Origin: Macrostomum lignano
Lineage: Eukaryota
Direction: 5' to 3'
Length of the DNA stretch: 64,000 bases
Assembly (NCBI GenBank): GCA_002269645.1
Contig: NIVC01001253.1
Location: 248,001-312,000, forward strand
The notes beneath the pieces were generated by a model. That model saw only the letters and a list, made by a program, of their open reading frames with translations, was not told the origin of the DNA and searched no databases. Below, in pieces: positions 52,322 through 63,551 of the stretch (position 1 is its first letter; every line of letters starts with the position of its first letter). Position numbers and translations under genes: made by a program.

Positions 52322-52664
52322 GGGGGGCCGTAGCCCAGCGGTAGCCAGCGGCCCAGGCTCGATTCCAAGTGCAGTCACATTAATTTGGGGCTAAATTGGA
52401 ATCTCGGCTTGGCTCTGCTCGTGCAATTAACGGCCTTGAGAGCCAACCCCCCAAGGCGCAGTGAAGTGTACATGCCTAACGATAAAATAAAGTTAGCGCC
52501 GCTGTACACTCCTGTGTGAGTGTGTGCCTGCGTACGTATCCGCGCGCTTGTGTGCCTGCTCAGGGGAGTTGGCGGAATGGGCAGTAATGCCTCTCGCCGG
52601 TTGTGTGCCTATGTCGCTTAAAGTGCGCCAGGGTGCGCACAACCCCCTGCCTCTAATAAAAAAA
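52322..52664 (+). mobile_element. tRNA-derived SINE, family B, copy 2
   Basis: Same sequence as 13653-14019 with a short deletion between the A and B boxes; ends AATAAAAAAA. Confidence 0.8.
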
Positions 52665-52958
52665 TCTCATCTCTCCTTTTTTATAATCTATCGACTCTTA
52701 TCTCATCTCTAATCATCTCTCTTTTCTGCCCTTTTATAATCTCTATGCTTATCTCCTCTCTTCTTCCCTATCCTCTAATCTCTCCGCTTATCTCCTCTTT
52801 CTCTTATAATCTCCACTTCTATCTTCCCCATTTTCTCATCTATTATCTGGCCGTCCGAATGGTAAAAAAGCCTTTGCCGAGCCCTGTACTACACACACAA
52901 ACACAAATAAATATACAAGGCTACTGGCAATTAAATCAATTAACAGAAAAAAGAGATT

Positions 52959-53520
52959 TCAGTATCTAAACAGAGCCACAGTGAGCAGGCCCAAGACATA
53001 GGCTGCTACTAGTTTGACATGGTGCGACACGGACAAGTTGGACAGGCTGTTCACAGTCCATAGCCAGTACGACTGCGACTGCTGCTGCTGCTGGTGTTCT
53101 TGCAGCTTTGCGACAGATTCTTCTGAACTGATGCCTTGATACAGCGGCATGGCCAGAAGGCTCACACACACAACGGCTAGGCTCAGGGTAAACCCCAACG
53201 GTAGCGGCGCTTGTGTCGCTCCCGGCATCAAGGTCGTCGACGTGGACAAAGTCGGATTATTGTCGAACCGTCGCTGCGTTGGCAAAGACGACCCGCCGGT
53301 TGTCGAACTCAGCGGCGACGGCACGCCGACAGGTTCGACAAATTGACCAGCGCCGCTTTGAGCAGCCGAGCTCAATGGCACGTCGAGTCGGAGCACGCAG
53401 TCGACATCTCGATAGCCAATTACTGAGCTGCCAGACTGGCTGTGTAGTTGAATGCGAAGCCGGTGTTTCGCTACCGGCGAGTCTTCGGTCAGGCTGCGAA
53501 AGTCCTGAGCTCGAATCAGC
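52959..53520 (-). CDS. MOSPD1: MOSPD1-like, coding exon 2 (end of MSP domain, two TM segments, stop)
   Basis: Phase-2 acceptor CATAG|G gives CCVDVLIR. C-terminus LSVSHHVKLVAAYVLGLLTVALFRY matches MOSPD1 [23 protein letters not shown]. Spliced CDS 783 nt (260 aa). Confidence 0.9.
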
Positions 53521-53559
53521 CTATGAGCGGGGTGGTTGGGGTTGCTTGGCTTGATTTCT

Positions 53560-54210
53560 AAGAAAGAGCTACTTTTGGACAGAGTGGTTTCTAAGAAATG
53601 AACTATCTTAGAAAGAGTGGTTTCTAAGAAATGAACTATCTTACACAGTGGTTTCTAAGAAATGAACTATTTTAGACAGAGTGGTTTCTAAGAAATGAAC
53701 TATCTTAGAAAGAGTGGTTTCTAAGGAATTAACTATCTTAGAAAGAGTGGTTTCTAAGGAATTAACTATCTTAGAAAGAGTGGTTTCTAAGAAATGAACT
53801 ATTTTAGACAGTGGTTTCTAAGAAATGAACTATCTTAGAGAGTGCTTTCTAAGAAATGAACTATTTTAGACAGAATGCTTTCTAAGAAATAAGCTAATGT
53901 TCAGACAGGGTGGTTTTTAAGAAATGTGATGAATTTTAGACACAGTGATTTCTAAGAAATGGACATTCTTAGAGAGGGGTTTCTAAGAAACGAACAATCT
54001 TAGAGAGAGTGGTTTCAAAGAAATAAGTTACTTTAGACAGAGTGGTTTCTAAGAAATCAGTTATTTAATACAGAGTGCTTTCTAAGAAATGAACTATTTT
54101 AGACAGAGTGGTTTCTAAGAAATAAGCTAATGTTCAGACAGAGTGGTTTCTAAGAAATGTGATGAATTTTAGACACAGTGGTTTCTAAGAATTGGGCTAA
54201 TGTTTAGACA
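53560..54210. repeat. 33 bp hairpin-containing array TTTCTAAGAAATGAACTATCTTAGAAAGAGTGG filling the MOSPD1 intron
   Basis: Tandem copies; the consensus unit has a 9-bp inverted repeat. Confidence 0.93.
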
Positions 54211-54233
54211 ATCTACATAACAATGGTACTTAC

Positions 54234-54454
54234 ACATCAACACAACACTGTTTCTGTATCACACCTTTGCTCTCTCTCACTATGTAGTGATTTGGATGAG
54301 TTGATAAAATGCTAAAGGCAATTGAAGTGTTATAGATATTGTATATAGTAAGGATTTGCTTGTGTGTATTAGCCAATTTTGCTATAAACTCCAGTTTTTG
54401 TGTTGAAACAAACACTGGGAAATCTTTAGGCTTGTTACTTCCACTGCCTTTCAT
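54234..54454 (-). CDS. MOSPD1: MOSPD1-like, coding exon 1 (MSP domain N-terminus)
   Basis: PVFVSTQKLEF...THKQILTIYN...QCCVDV matches recalled MOSPD1 PVFVFPTELIF...THKQVLTLYNP...QCCVDIVIRH. Donor GT|GTAAGT, phase 2. Confidence 0.9.
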
Positions 54455-55960
54455 TCAGATCTGAAATGGAAGACAAATTTATAAAGTAAATTATAAAAAT
54501 AGCTTACATTAATCATCAAAAAGCCATCTTCTAAAAATAGGCCACATTCTTTACTAGACATTCATTAAAATACTTTATAAAAAAATTTCTAATACAAATA
54601 TTACTGACTATTGGGGACATCTCTATAAGTTGCCCTAAAAATGACCAAAATATTTGAAATGAATTGGTTAGCTTAGTATAGATTGATGATTAAATCTTTA
54701 AACTTTACAATGTTTTTATCAAGGCCCTTAGCACTATTTATATATTATATTAATGAGAATATAAGGTCACAAAAAGGATACAACAAAGTTGTTTTTAATA
54801 CATGTTTAACTTAAATGAAGTGAGAAAGAGTTAACATTAATCATATATAGTGTTTATAATAAGTAAAATAGTCAATAGAATAGAATAAATGTTTTGATAT
54901 TGGTATTATAAATGTGAAATTAAAATAATACTATCTAGCCTAAAATACATTTTAAGCAAAATAATAATAGACAAAGACAACAGAACAACTTTATAAGTCA
55001 TTGTCAAACACAAAGCTTTTAAAGACCATATATATTAATATTATATAATATATATTTTTATTTGTTTTTGTAATTATAAGTAAAAAGGTCAATATATCAT
55101 GTCTAAAAAATTAAGCAATTATTTTCTTAATCAATTTAAGTAGGTCTATAGGTCTACTGAAAGGGAATACAATCCCAAGATCCTAGGATCTAGTAATCTC
55201 AGGATTAGGCCTTAATCCTAGGATTCTAAATCCTAGGATCATACTTGCCTGAGATTAAAAAATCCCAGGATTGACCATTGGGATCCTAATCTTGGTTTGC
55301 AATAATTCAATCATTTATACTTAAATAGTAATATCTATAGCTGAGCTATTTGTAGGGTGAAAATCATAGCTTTTGAAACATGCAGGCTAGTAAGAAGGTT
55401 AAGGCTGAAGGGATACAAAATTGAAGCTATAAGCAGATTGTAAGGAAATTGCAAGTATAATAATATATATGCTAACTGTATGCAAATGCCATATGGTAGG
55501 CCTACTCGCAGTCTAATGTAATTAATTTAAAAACCTGTGCATAAAGCCTAAAGCAATAGAAGCAAATTCCTCATTGTTTCTAATTGCAGCGCTGGCACTT
55601 ACTAGATAGGAGTCAAATCATTGTTTATTAGAACTCTCCTTTTATCTCAAACCTAGCTAAAATCAAAGGTTCTAGACCTTGCATAGATTAGAAGCCTCCT
55701 ATGTAAAAGACATTCTTAGGACTATTAAGACACCCTTTAGATGCCTAGCTGCCTTTGCATACAGCGTAGGAGTGGTAATAGAACTACTTTAAGCAGACCT
55801 TTACCTTCAAAAGTCCTTGGCCAAGGTTGGGATTAGAATAATGGGACCTTGCTATCAGACCACAACCCAAGCTAGGGCCTATCAGTTCTCTATCTAAGGT
55901 GGGTACCCCTAGGAAGATGAGGTCTAAGTCTTTGATATCAGCCTATATATCAGGGTCCTA

Positions 55961-58250
55961 GTCATTTCGTCAACTGGCATTTCGTCAACTGGCCATTTTG
56001 TCAACTCGGTTTTATCACTGGTTGTTTCGTCAACTAGCCAATGAAGCGATATCAAACCTCGGTCACTTTATCAACTGGCCAACAGGAAGTGTTCCAACAT
56101 TGGTCACTTCGTCAACTGCCAATAAACTACCCCCCCGCAGCCACAAAAAGGTAAAACTGAACCCTGAAATGACTAAGTCGACAGGCTAATTAATATTCAT
56201 ACCCTTCTGCAACATCTGCTGGCTTTCAATTGATGCGTCTCTGTTATACGCTTGTACATTTACTAACAAAATATAATGCGCTCATGTGTTTGAAACGTGT
56301 GCAGCACGACGGGGTTGACATCCCGTGTTACACATTTGTATATGTTAAATTTTGAATGCAGAAGTTAATTAAGAAGTAGTACATGTAGTTGAGGAGAACC
56401 CGGACCAAAGATAACGCTTAAAGTGGCTGGGTCCTCTATTTGCAAAACATACATATAGAAAGCATTCCAAATCAAGCCATTACATACATGAATGTGGTCA
56501 TATATGACTGCGCAGCAGGTCGCTTGGACGGAACAGGTCAGCGCGGTGATACAAAAGCCGTGTTGGTCACTCACGTAGGCAATCTTGAAGGCGGCGCGCA
56601 GCAGGCCAGCGTGCACCACGTCAACTTGTTGCTCAAGCGACTTCATCAGCGTCCAGGTCTTGACAGTGTACAGCAGGACAGTCTCGATCACCGCCTTGCC
56701 TGGAACAACGCTGCCCTCTGGCAGTCAGCTGTACATTAAGCTGGCCTTGGACTGCAGGATTCCCCCAGACTACATGTAAATGTACTGTAGCTCAAGCCAG
56801 TAGTGTCGGAACATGTTTCAGAGTGGGGGAGGGGGGGCTATTTGATGGGAGGGCCATTGCACATAATTTCTTCTTATCTAAGGGCACCCAAACTCCTGCT
56901 GTTATATGAGTTTGTGGCTATATGACATAACCAGCCCAATATTCAATTCTGTGTTGGAGTAGCCAAAAGTCTAGCTGAAAATGCTCAAATTTTCAACTAA
57001 TTCAAACATTGCGCAACTGTACTGCACTCATTTTAATTGGACTGCACTTAAGTGACTTCAGTGGTCCTTGAATAATTTATTTAGTATATAGTCATAGATA
57101 TCTCAAATGAATGAAAATTGCATTCTTCTATTTCATCTCTCCTCTCGATCGTATACTCTCTTATCCTTATTCCTTCGCCTCTCATTTTTTCTTTGAGTAT
57201 GCCAGCTCACATTTCTCTTCTCTATTCCCTATCCTCAATCTCCCTCCTTTGGCTTGCAATCATCAGGGACTCCTAGGTGCATATTGCTTAGGGGCCCAGC
57301 AAAGCGGACCCAGAAGGGGCAGTCATCATTTTGCTAGGTTCTCAATCTGGCCCCTTGAGGTAAAAAGTTTGCTGACCCTACACGTAAAAGCACTAGGCTT
57401 AGGCACATGGCCAAGTCTTGTGCAGCTACATGAGCAGGAATGCACGAATCAAGAGCACACCGCTGTGGTACTGCACCCAATATTGCCGATCAGTTTGCGC
57501 GTCTGCCTGTGCCTTTGCGTCTATCTGCTTGTGTCTGCTTGTGCCTTCTTACAGTGCATTGTACATTTTAGTGTTAAGCATGACAGGGAGTAAGGGAATA
57601 TCTTATACATGTATAGCATGATCGATTGATGAGTGCGCGTGAATTGTGCATAATTATATACTCCGATCAAAAGCATTACTGGATATCAAGATTCGCTGCA
57701 GGGGCTTCAGCTGACTGTGCACAGCGGGGTGGAGGGGTAGGAAGGCATGTCCACTAATTTTCACGACTCCATATATAGGGGACTTTATAGCACTCCTCGA
57801 CGCATTTTGATAGAAATACCCATGTTATGTAGTTGCATGTATGGTTGCATAACACAAATACTCAAGATTCATTAATGCCTGGACGCATATGGGTATGAGT
57901 GTGCATGGGGTGACGCATTTGCATAGAATATTTGCATCAAAAAATTTAACCTAATGGACATGCAGTCTGGTATTGCAAAATTGCAAAATTTGTTTGTTTT
58001 TTAAAAATAAGGCAATTAATAAAACAAGTCATCAATATAACAATAATTGTATGCTATACAAGGTATGCAGCTATATTAGCTACATATGTCATATATATAT
58101 CATTCATATAATGAAAATTTTAGTCACTTTGTCAACAAGCAAATGGGAAGGACCTAGGCATTGGTCACTTTGTCAACCACTAGTAAAGTCGCCCTAACAC
58201 TTTGGTCACTTTGTCAACTGAGTTGACGAACCGCCAGTTGACGAAATGAC
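55961..58250. mobile_element. TIR-bounded non-autonomous element with nested insertions
   Basis: Exact 18-bp inverted repeats GTCATTTCGTCAACTGGC (55961-55978) / GCCAGTTGACGAAATGAC (58233-58250), plus subterminal GGTCACTTYGTCAAC repeats at both ends. No TSD or transposase found. Confidence 0.6.
56500..56760 (-). pseudogene. Degenerate non-LTR retrotransposon (RTE-like) RT C-terminal fragment
   Basis: LFQA..VIETVLLYTVKTWTLMKSLEQQVD...LLRAAF..., then VTNTA-LYHRADLFRPSDLLR in shifted frames. Resembles the RTE xFxAxVESxLLYGSETW region, with frameshifts and a stop. Confidence 0.65.
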
Positions 58251-60078
58251 CATCACTCATATATCAAACTAACATTCAAAGCTCATTATCAGTTTCTTGT
58301 TTGCAAAATATTTTACTCTATTCTACTATATTATTAAGAGCTCTAGCCTTTTAAAATCAAATTAGATGGCTTTATAGGCTAAAATTATAATAACAATGAT
58401 TAGAATTTTTATAAATACTGCAATCCTAAGATCTTAGCCTACTTTGTTAGAATCCTAGGATTGGCAAAGTTCAAGATAGGCCTAGCTTAATCCTAAGAAT
58501 CCCAAGATTGGCAAAACTTGGGATTTTGTTTTTCCGATCTACTAGGTCTATTAAAATCTTATAGGCCTAGACTAGTTACTAGTAGAGTATTAAATATAAA
58601 GGAAATTTACCAAAAAATTGAATTTAACTTTAAATAGCTAGACATGATATAGTAGGCCTATCTTATCCTATATACTAAAAATTAAAAAAAATATTTAATA
58701 TCAGGCCTACCCTAGCCTTACTATTTTCCCAATTTTAGAAAAGTTGCTAATTTCTAAATGGCAGATGCCAATTAATGCCAATAGTTATTTGATATATCAC
58801 ATATTTTTATATTGACCAAGCAAAGGAATACATTTATATGGTATACCATAACCATAAGGTCTTTATTCATTATCATGCTAGGCCTAAACTTTCCTACATG
58901 TTTTCCAGTCAGATGCCTTTTTTAGTTTTGTGTTAGGGCCTAGCACTATCGCTATGACGCTATGCCTATAGACCCTAGATAGAGTATAGGGCCTAGTATA
59001 TCAGGCCTAATGATGGTAGATGCATTGCTTGTAAATTAAATTTGCAACACAACAGTCAAAGTAAGTTTGTTAGGTTAGGCCTATAGACAAAGAAAACAAA
59101 TCGAAATAGAAATAGAAAAAGAAAAATCATACAAATAGAAAATTGATTCTGGTCCTGTGATTGGCAACTCCACTGCGAAAATCGTAAAAAATGGAGTGAC
59201 CAAAATTGAAAAACATCAAGTCAGTAAAAAAACGAAGGAACAATCCAACAGACCAACATTTGTGATTTGATGTCATCAGGAGCGAGCGAGGCCAGACTGC
59301 GAGAATATTATCAGCTGTTTAAAGTCAATAAGTTTAAAACAAAATTTTATGTCAAAAATAATTAAGTTTGTACAAGTGCATTATGCGAGCTCTTTGTTTA
59401 TTTTTATAAAAGCTTATTATTACAATAAATTGTTGTCTAATGATATACTTTAAAGTTGTCAGAGTCATTCCTTTAATTTGACTTGAAGAAGGAGACACAT
59501 TTACGATGTAGTAGTAATACTAGTAAGGATTGATTGGCTTAGCTTTAGGTTCAAAATAAATAAATCCGCTCTGTATTTACAGCATTAAGTGAATTCTTGC
59601 AGATTTGAGATTGACTGAAATTGGCAGAATATTTTTTTTCGCAATCAGATGTCGGTTTGTCTTTGTCTAATTTGTCTCTCTAGAGTCTAGTTAAAACTTT
59701 CTAATTTGACCATGACGGAGATCTTATAATAAAAACAACAGGATTTTTACAATCGCCTTGTTAAAAAATACGTAGGTTTTTTAACTCATACATCCTAAAG
59801 AAGACTAAAGAAAAGCTTAGCGTAGAATAATTTTAGATTTTTTTAAACATGGCTTTCATTTGCGAAACAATTACCTACGAGTATAAAAAAGCTGCATTCG
59901 CATATGCTTTTAAGAAATTATTCAGAATTAATTTCATTTTTAAAAAAAAATTTGGTTGCTTTAATCACGTTGAATGAGTGTTCAAAAAAGGAAAGTATAT
60001 AGATGAACTAGATAATTTTACTAAACTTTTTTGGAAGATTGAATACTGGAATACATTCTTTAGATGTACTCGACTAGC

Positions 60079-60264
60079 CAGTGGCGTAGCCAGGACTTCA
60101 TTCTGGGGGGGTTGGGTCACAGTCAGTCACAGGCTCACAGCGGCAACGGGGGGCAGGAGGTGCTAGGCCTCTGCGACGGGGGAGGGGGCCTGAAAATTTG
60201 GCCTTGATCAGCCGGCTGGGGGGTCATGATCCCCATGACCCCCCCCCCCTTGGCTACGCCCCTG
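60079..60264. mobile_element. hAT-type MITE, 186 bp
   Basis: TIRs CAGTGGCGTAGCCA / TGGCTACGCCCCTG (13/14 match) and a perfect 8-bp TSD CGACTAGC at 60071-60078 and 60265-60272. Confidence 0.9.
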
Positions 60265-60737
60265 CGACTAGCTAACATCACAAATAAAATTTATACATTA
60301 GTGTAGCTTTTTAATCATCTGTAGAGCAAATGAAGATTTAATCCATGTATATAGCTTGATATAACATCATTTTATTATTCTTTCTATATATGTTTGACAT
60401 GATTTGCTAAGTTGGTAATAAGTATGTACCTCTTATTTTAATTTTTGGATGCAAAAGACTTGCTTTGATATTATTTTCAAAAAGCTGTATCCAATTTTTT
60501 AAAAATGAATCTGATAAATTATTTATAATTGACAGAAAATGATAGCCAGTGTGATAGACAGTTCGATTTTCGCTTCTAATTTCAGTCATCATCAGTCACT
60601 ATGATTAACTTTCACAATAAGACAACAAAGCAGTGAGTAACACATAATTGTTTTTTATTCAATGTTTTTGTTTTGATAAAACACTTTTTTAATTTTTTAC
60701 AATATTTTTAACAAAGCTTTATCTTTTATTCATCTAG

Positions 60738-60854
60738 GGCACTTCTGCATCAGACTAAACAGTCCACAAAGCAGATGGAAGAGGAAACAAAAAAGATGGA
60801 AGTTCGCCTCCAAGAGCTTAAACTGGCAATGGAGAATGAGCGACAGCAGAGGGC
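60738..60854 (+). CDS. ZBBX: ZBBX-like coiled-coil exon (internal; upstream exon not located)
   Basis: ALLHQTKQSTKQMEEETKKMEVRLQELKLAMENERQQR. TCTAG| and |GTGAGT, 117 nt, phase 2-2. Confidence 0.75.
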
Positions 60855-60964
60855 GTGAGTTGATCAAAATATTCAATTTAAAATCGTGCGCTTGTACGCA
60901 AATTCTATCTGTACTCAATGCGCTCAACCCCAAAACCACCACCACCATTGTCACCAAACTGCAG

Positions 60965-61076
60965 AGTCAGTGGCAACCCCGGCTTCTGGTCGCGTGGTCA
61001 GGCTGGCGCGCTAACTAACTACAAGTCAGTCAGCGCTGGCGCTAAAAAACCGGCGCCGCCCAGCAGTGGTCCACCG
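60965..61076 (+). CDS. ZBBX: ZBBX-like exon
   Basis: VSGNPGFWSRGQAGALTNY resembles ZBBX YWKSGKVGKL. CTGCAG| and |GTGAGA, phase 2-0. Confidence 0.75.
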
Positions 61077-61087
61077 GTGAGAACCGA

Positions 61088-61435
61088 TGTGACAGACAGT
61101 GATAGCCAATGTGACTGACAGTGATAGCCAATGTGACAGGCAGTGATAGCCAATGTGACAGACAGTGATAGCCAATGTGACAGACAGTGATAGCCAATGT
61201 GACAGGCAGCGATAGCCACTGTGGCAGACAGTGATAGCCAATGTGACAGACAGTGATAGCCAAAGTGACAGGCAGTGATGGCCAATGTTACAGACAGTGA
61301 TAGCCAATGTGACAGACAGTGATAGCCAATGTGACAGACAGTGATAGCCAATGTGACAGACAGTGATAGCCAATGTGACAGACAGTGATAGCCAATGTGA
61401 CAGACAGTGATAGCCAATGTGACAGACAGTGATAG
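61088..61435. repeat. 22 bp GTGACAGACAGTGATAGCCAAT array in a ZBBX intron
   Basis: Starts ~11 nt after the donor at 61077. Confidence 0.96.
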
Positions 61436-61535
61436 AAGTAACCGAAAGACAAGTTGATCTATGCTCTATAGGAAAAATACGAATATTAAGGACTACAAAG
61501 ATTCAACCCACCTCCCTACTCAAATCCTACAACAG

Positions 61536-61913
61536 CCCGCCGGCTCTACAAAAGCCGCTGCATCTTCAGTGCGGAAAGTGAAGCTGATCAAAGACGAGCC
61601 GATCAACCTGCCGGACAGGACCGCAGCTGCTGCCGCGATCCCGGGCACCCTGGCACACCTGGCCAACAGAGGTGCGGCTGTCGCTAACGAGGACTCGAAC
61701 GTTAGAAAGCCTACTGGAGGCCGCACTCGAGGCGGTGGAGGTGGCGGAGGTGTCAGCGCAGCAGGCGGCGGAGCGCCTCGTTGCGGCCAGTGCGAGGACC
61801 GAGCAGCAGCGGTGCTGTGCCCGGAGTGCGCTGAGGAGTACTGCGCCAGGTGTTTCGCCGCCTTCCACCTGAAAGGAGCGTTGAGAAAGCATCGCTCTTT
61901 GCCTCTATCGGCT
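61536..61913 (+). CDS. ZBBX: ZBBX-like B-box zinc-finger exon
   Basis: CGQCEDRAAAVLCPECAEEYCARCFAAFHLKGALRKHRSLPL matches ZBBX [37 protein letters not shown]. 378 nt, phase 0-0. Confidence 0.9.
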
Positions 61914-62168
61914 GTGAGTTGCTGGGGCCAACACGGTAGCTGATTAACTGTCAATTGGGCAGGGGGACCCAGTAAAGGTCAAGTTGGGTCAATGCTCCCT
62001 TGGAAAACAAGTTAAAATACTGCAATCAAACAACGTATTTTTGTGGCTATGGTACAAGGGGCACCACGATGCAATCAAACACACTTTACAGTCGATAATG
62101 CTTAAGCATACCTAGGATTTTTTATTTAATAAAACGAAATTACATAAATTCTGTTTGCATGGCCTCAG

Positions 62169-62828
62169 GTGAACACCCCGCGTCAGTCGCTCGGCCAGAA
62201 TCTTTCCACTGGAGCGCCAGCAGCAGCTGCTTCATCGAGCAGCGGAGGCGGGGGCGGCGGTGATGGGGTCTTCGAAGACACCAGCCGTCAGACCCGGCGC
62301 AACATGGTTCGCCAGCTGCTCCACGGAGACGAAGGCGAGTCGAGTTCGTCCACCTCAGAGGCGATGGCATCCAATGGCGGCGGAGCCCTGCTCACTGGCG
62401 AGGTCGACGAGCGGCAGAACGCCGAGGAATTCCGACGCGCCCTGGCCGAGTGGCGATCCGGTGGAGGCGGCGAAGCGCAGAAGCCAACGGCAGAGCCGGC
62501 AGCTGCTAGGAAGAAGCCAGCGGGCCAGCAGCAGCGGCAGCAGCCGAGGCAGCAGACGTCCAGCCACGGGACTGCGACGGAAGACGACAACGGCGGCCGA
62601 TTGTCGTCTAGACTGGAAATCAAGTTCACCTCGTCGTTGAGCTACGCCGAGCAGCTGCTGTTACAGAAGCATCGTCGCGCTGATGTTGGCAAGATGCCCA
62701 GCTACCAAGGCGAATCTAGCGGCGCTAACGACACGTTTGAAGAAATCCGCAGCATGCAACGCCAGCAGAAGGAGTTGGCGGAGACGCCGCGGAGCTCGGG
62801 AAACGACTTGGAGCGATTGCCTGCCAGG
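62169..62828 (+). CDS. ZBBX: ZBBX-like exon
   Basis: LLTGEVDERQNAEEFRRALAEWRSG and LEIKFTSSLSYAEQLLLQKHRR match conserved ZBBX blocks (G.FDE..SA.SF...L..WR; LSY.E.L.LKKHRR). 660 nt, phase 0-0. Confidence 0.88.
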
Positions 62829-63104
62829 GTGAGTGCAAAGTTTTGATCCATTTTTATTATTCAGTTTACTAACTTGGTACGCTTAAAATGTCACAAAGTG
62901 AGAGCAAGCGCTTAGTCTCGATTCTAGCTTTTGACACAATTTAGATTGACAACTTTTGCTTCACCCCCCCCCCCCACAAAAATTGCGCTCATCCAAAAAC
63001 TAAATGAATTAGTGATAACCAGCTCAATGAATGACGTGAGCTCAACTTTTGCCATATCTTGGACAGGCTGTCCAACGGCCTAGAAGACTGGAGTGTGGGT
63101 TCCC

Positions 63105-63480
63105 ACCAAGAGACAGGGGTGACAAAAAGAGACAGGGGCGACCAACAAGAGACAGGGGCGCCCAACAAGATACAGGGGTGATCGATTAACAAGAGACAGG
63201 GGCGACCAACAAGATACAGGGGCGATCGATTAACAAGAGACAGGGGCGCCCAACAAGAGACAGGGGCGCCCAACAAGAGACATGGGCGACCAACAAGAGA
63301 CAGGGGCGACCAACAAGAGACAGGGGGAATTTTTTCATTTTTAAATCAAGAATTTAACACCAAAGACTCCAAAAGAAATATCATTATCAACCCGTGAGCA
63401 CTTATTAAAGAATTATATAATTTTTTCTCATTTAAAACCGGGGCGCCCACCAAGAGACAGTGGCGACCAACAAGAGACCC
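63105..63480. repeat. 20 bp CAACAAGAGACAGGGGCGAC array in a ZBBX intron (63105-63330, remnant 63435-63480)
   Basis: Tandem copies. Confidence 0.9.
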
Positions 63481-63551
63481 CTCCAAACAAAAATTCCTTC
63501 CTATGCAACCGTTTCGAGTACTTATATAGAAGATGCGTCGCCTTTTCGCAG

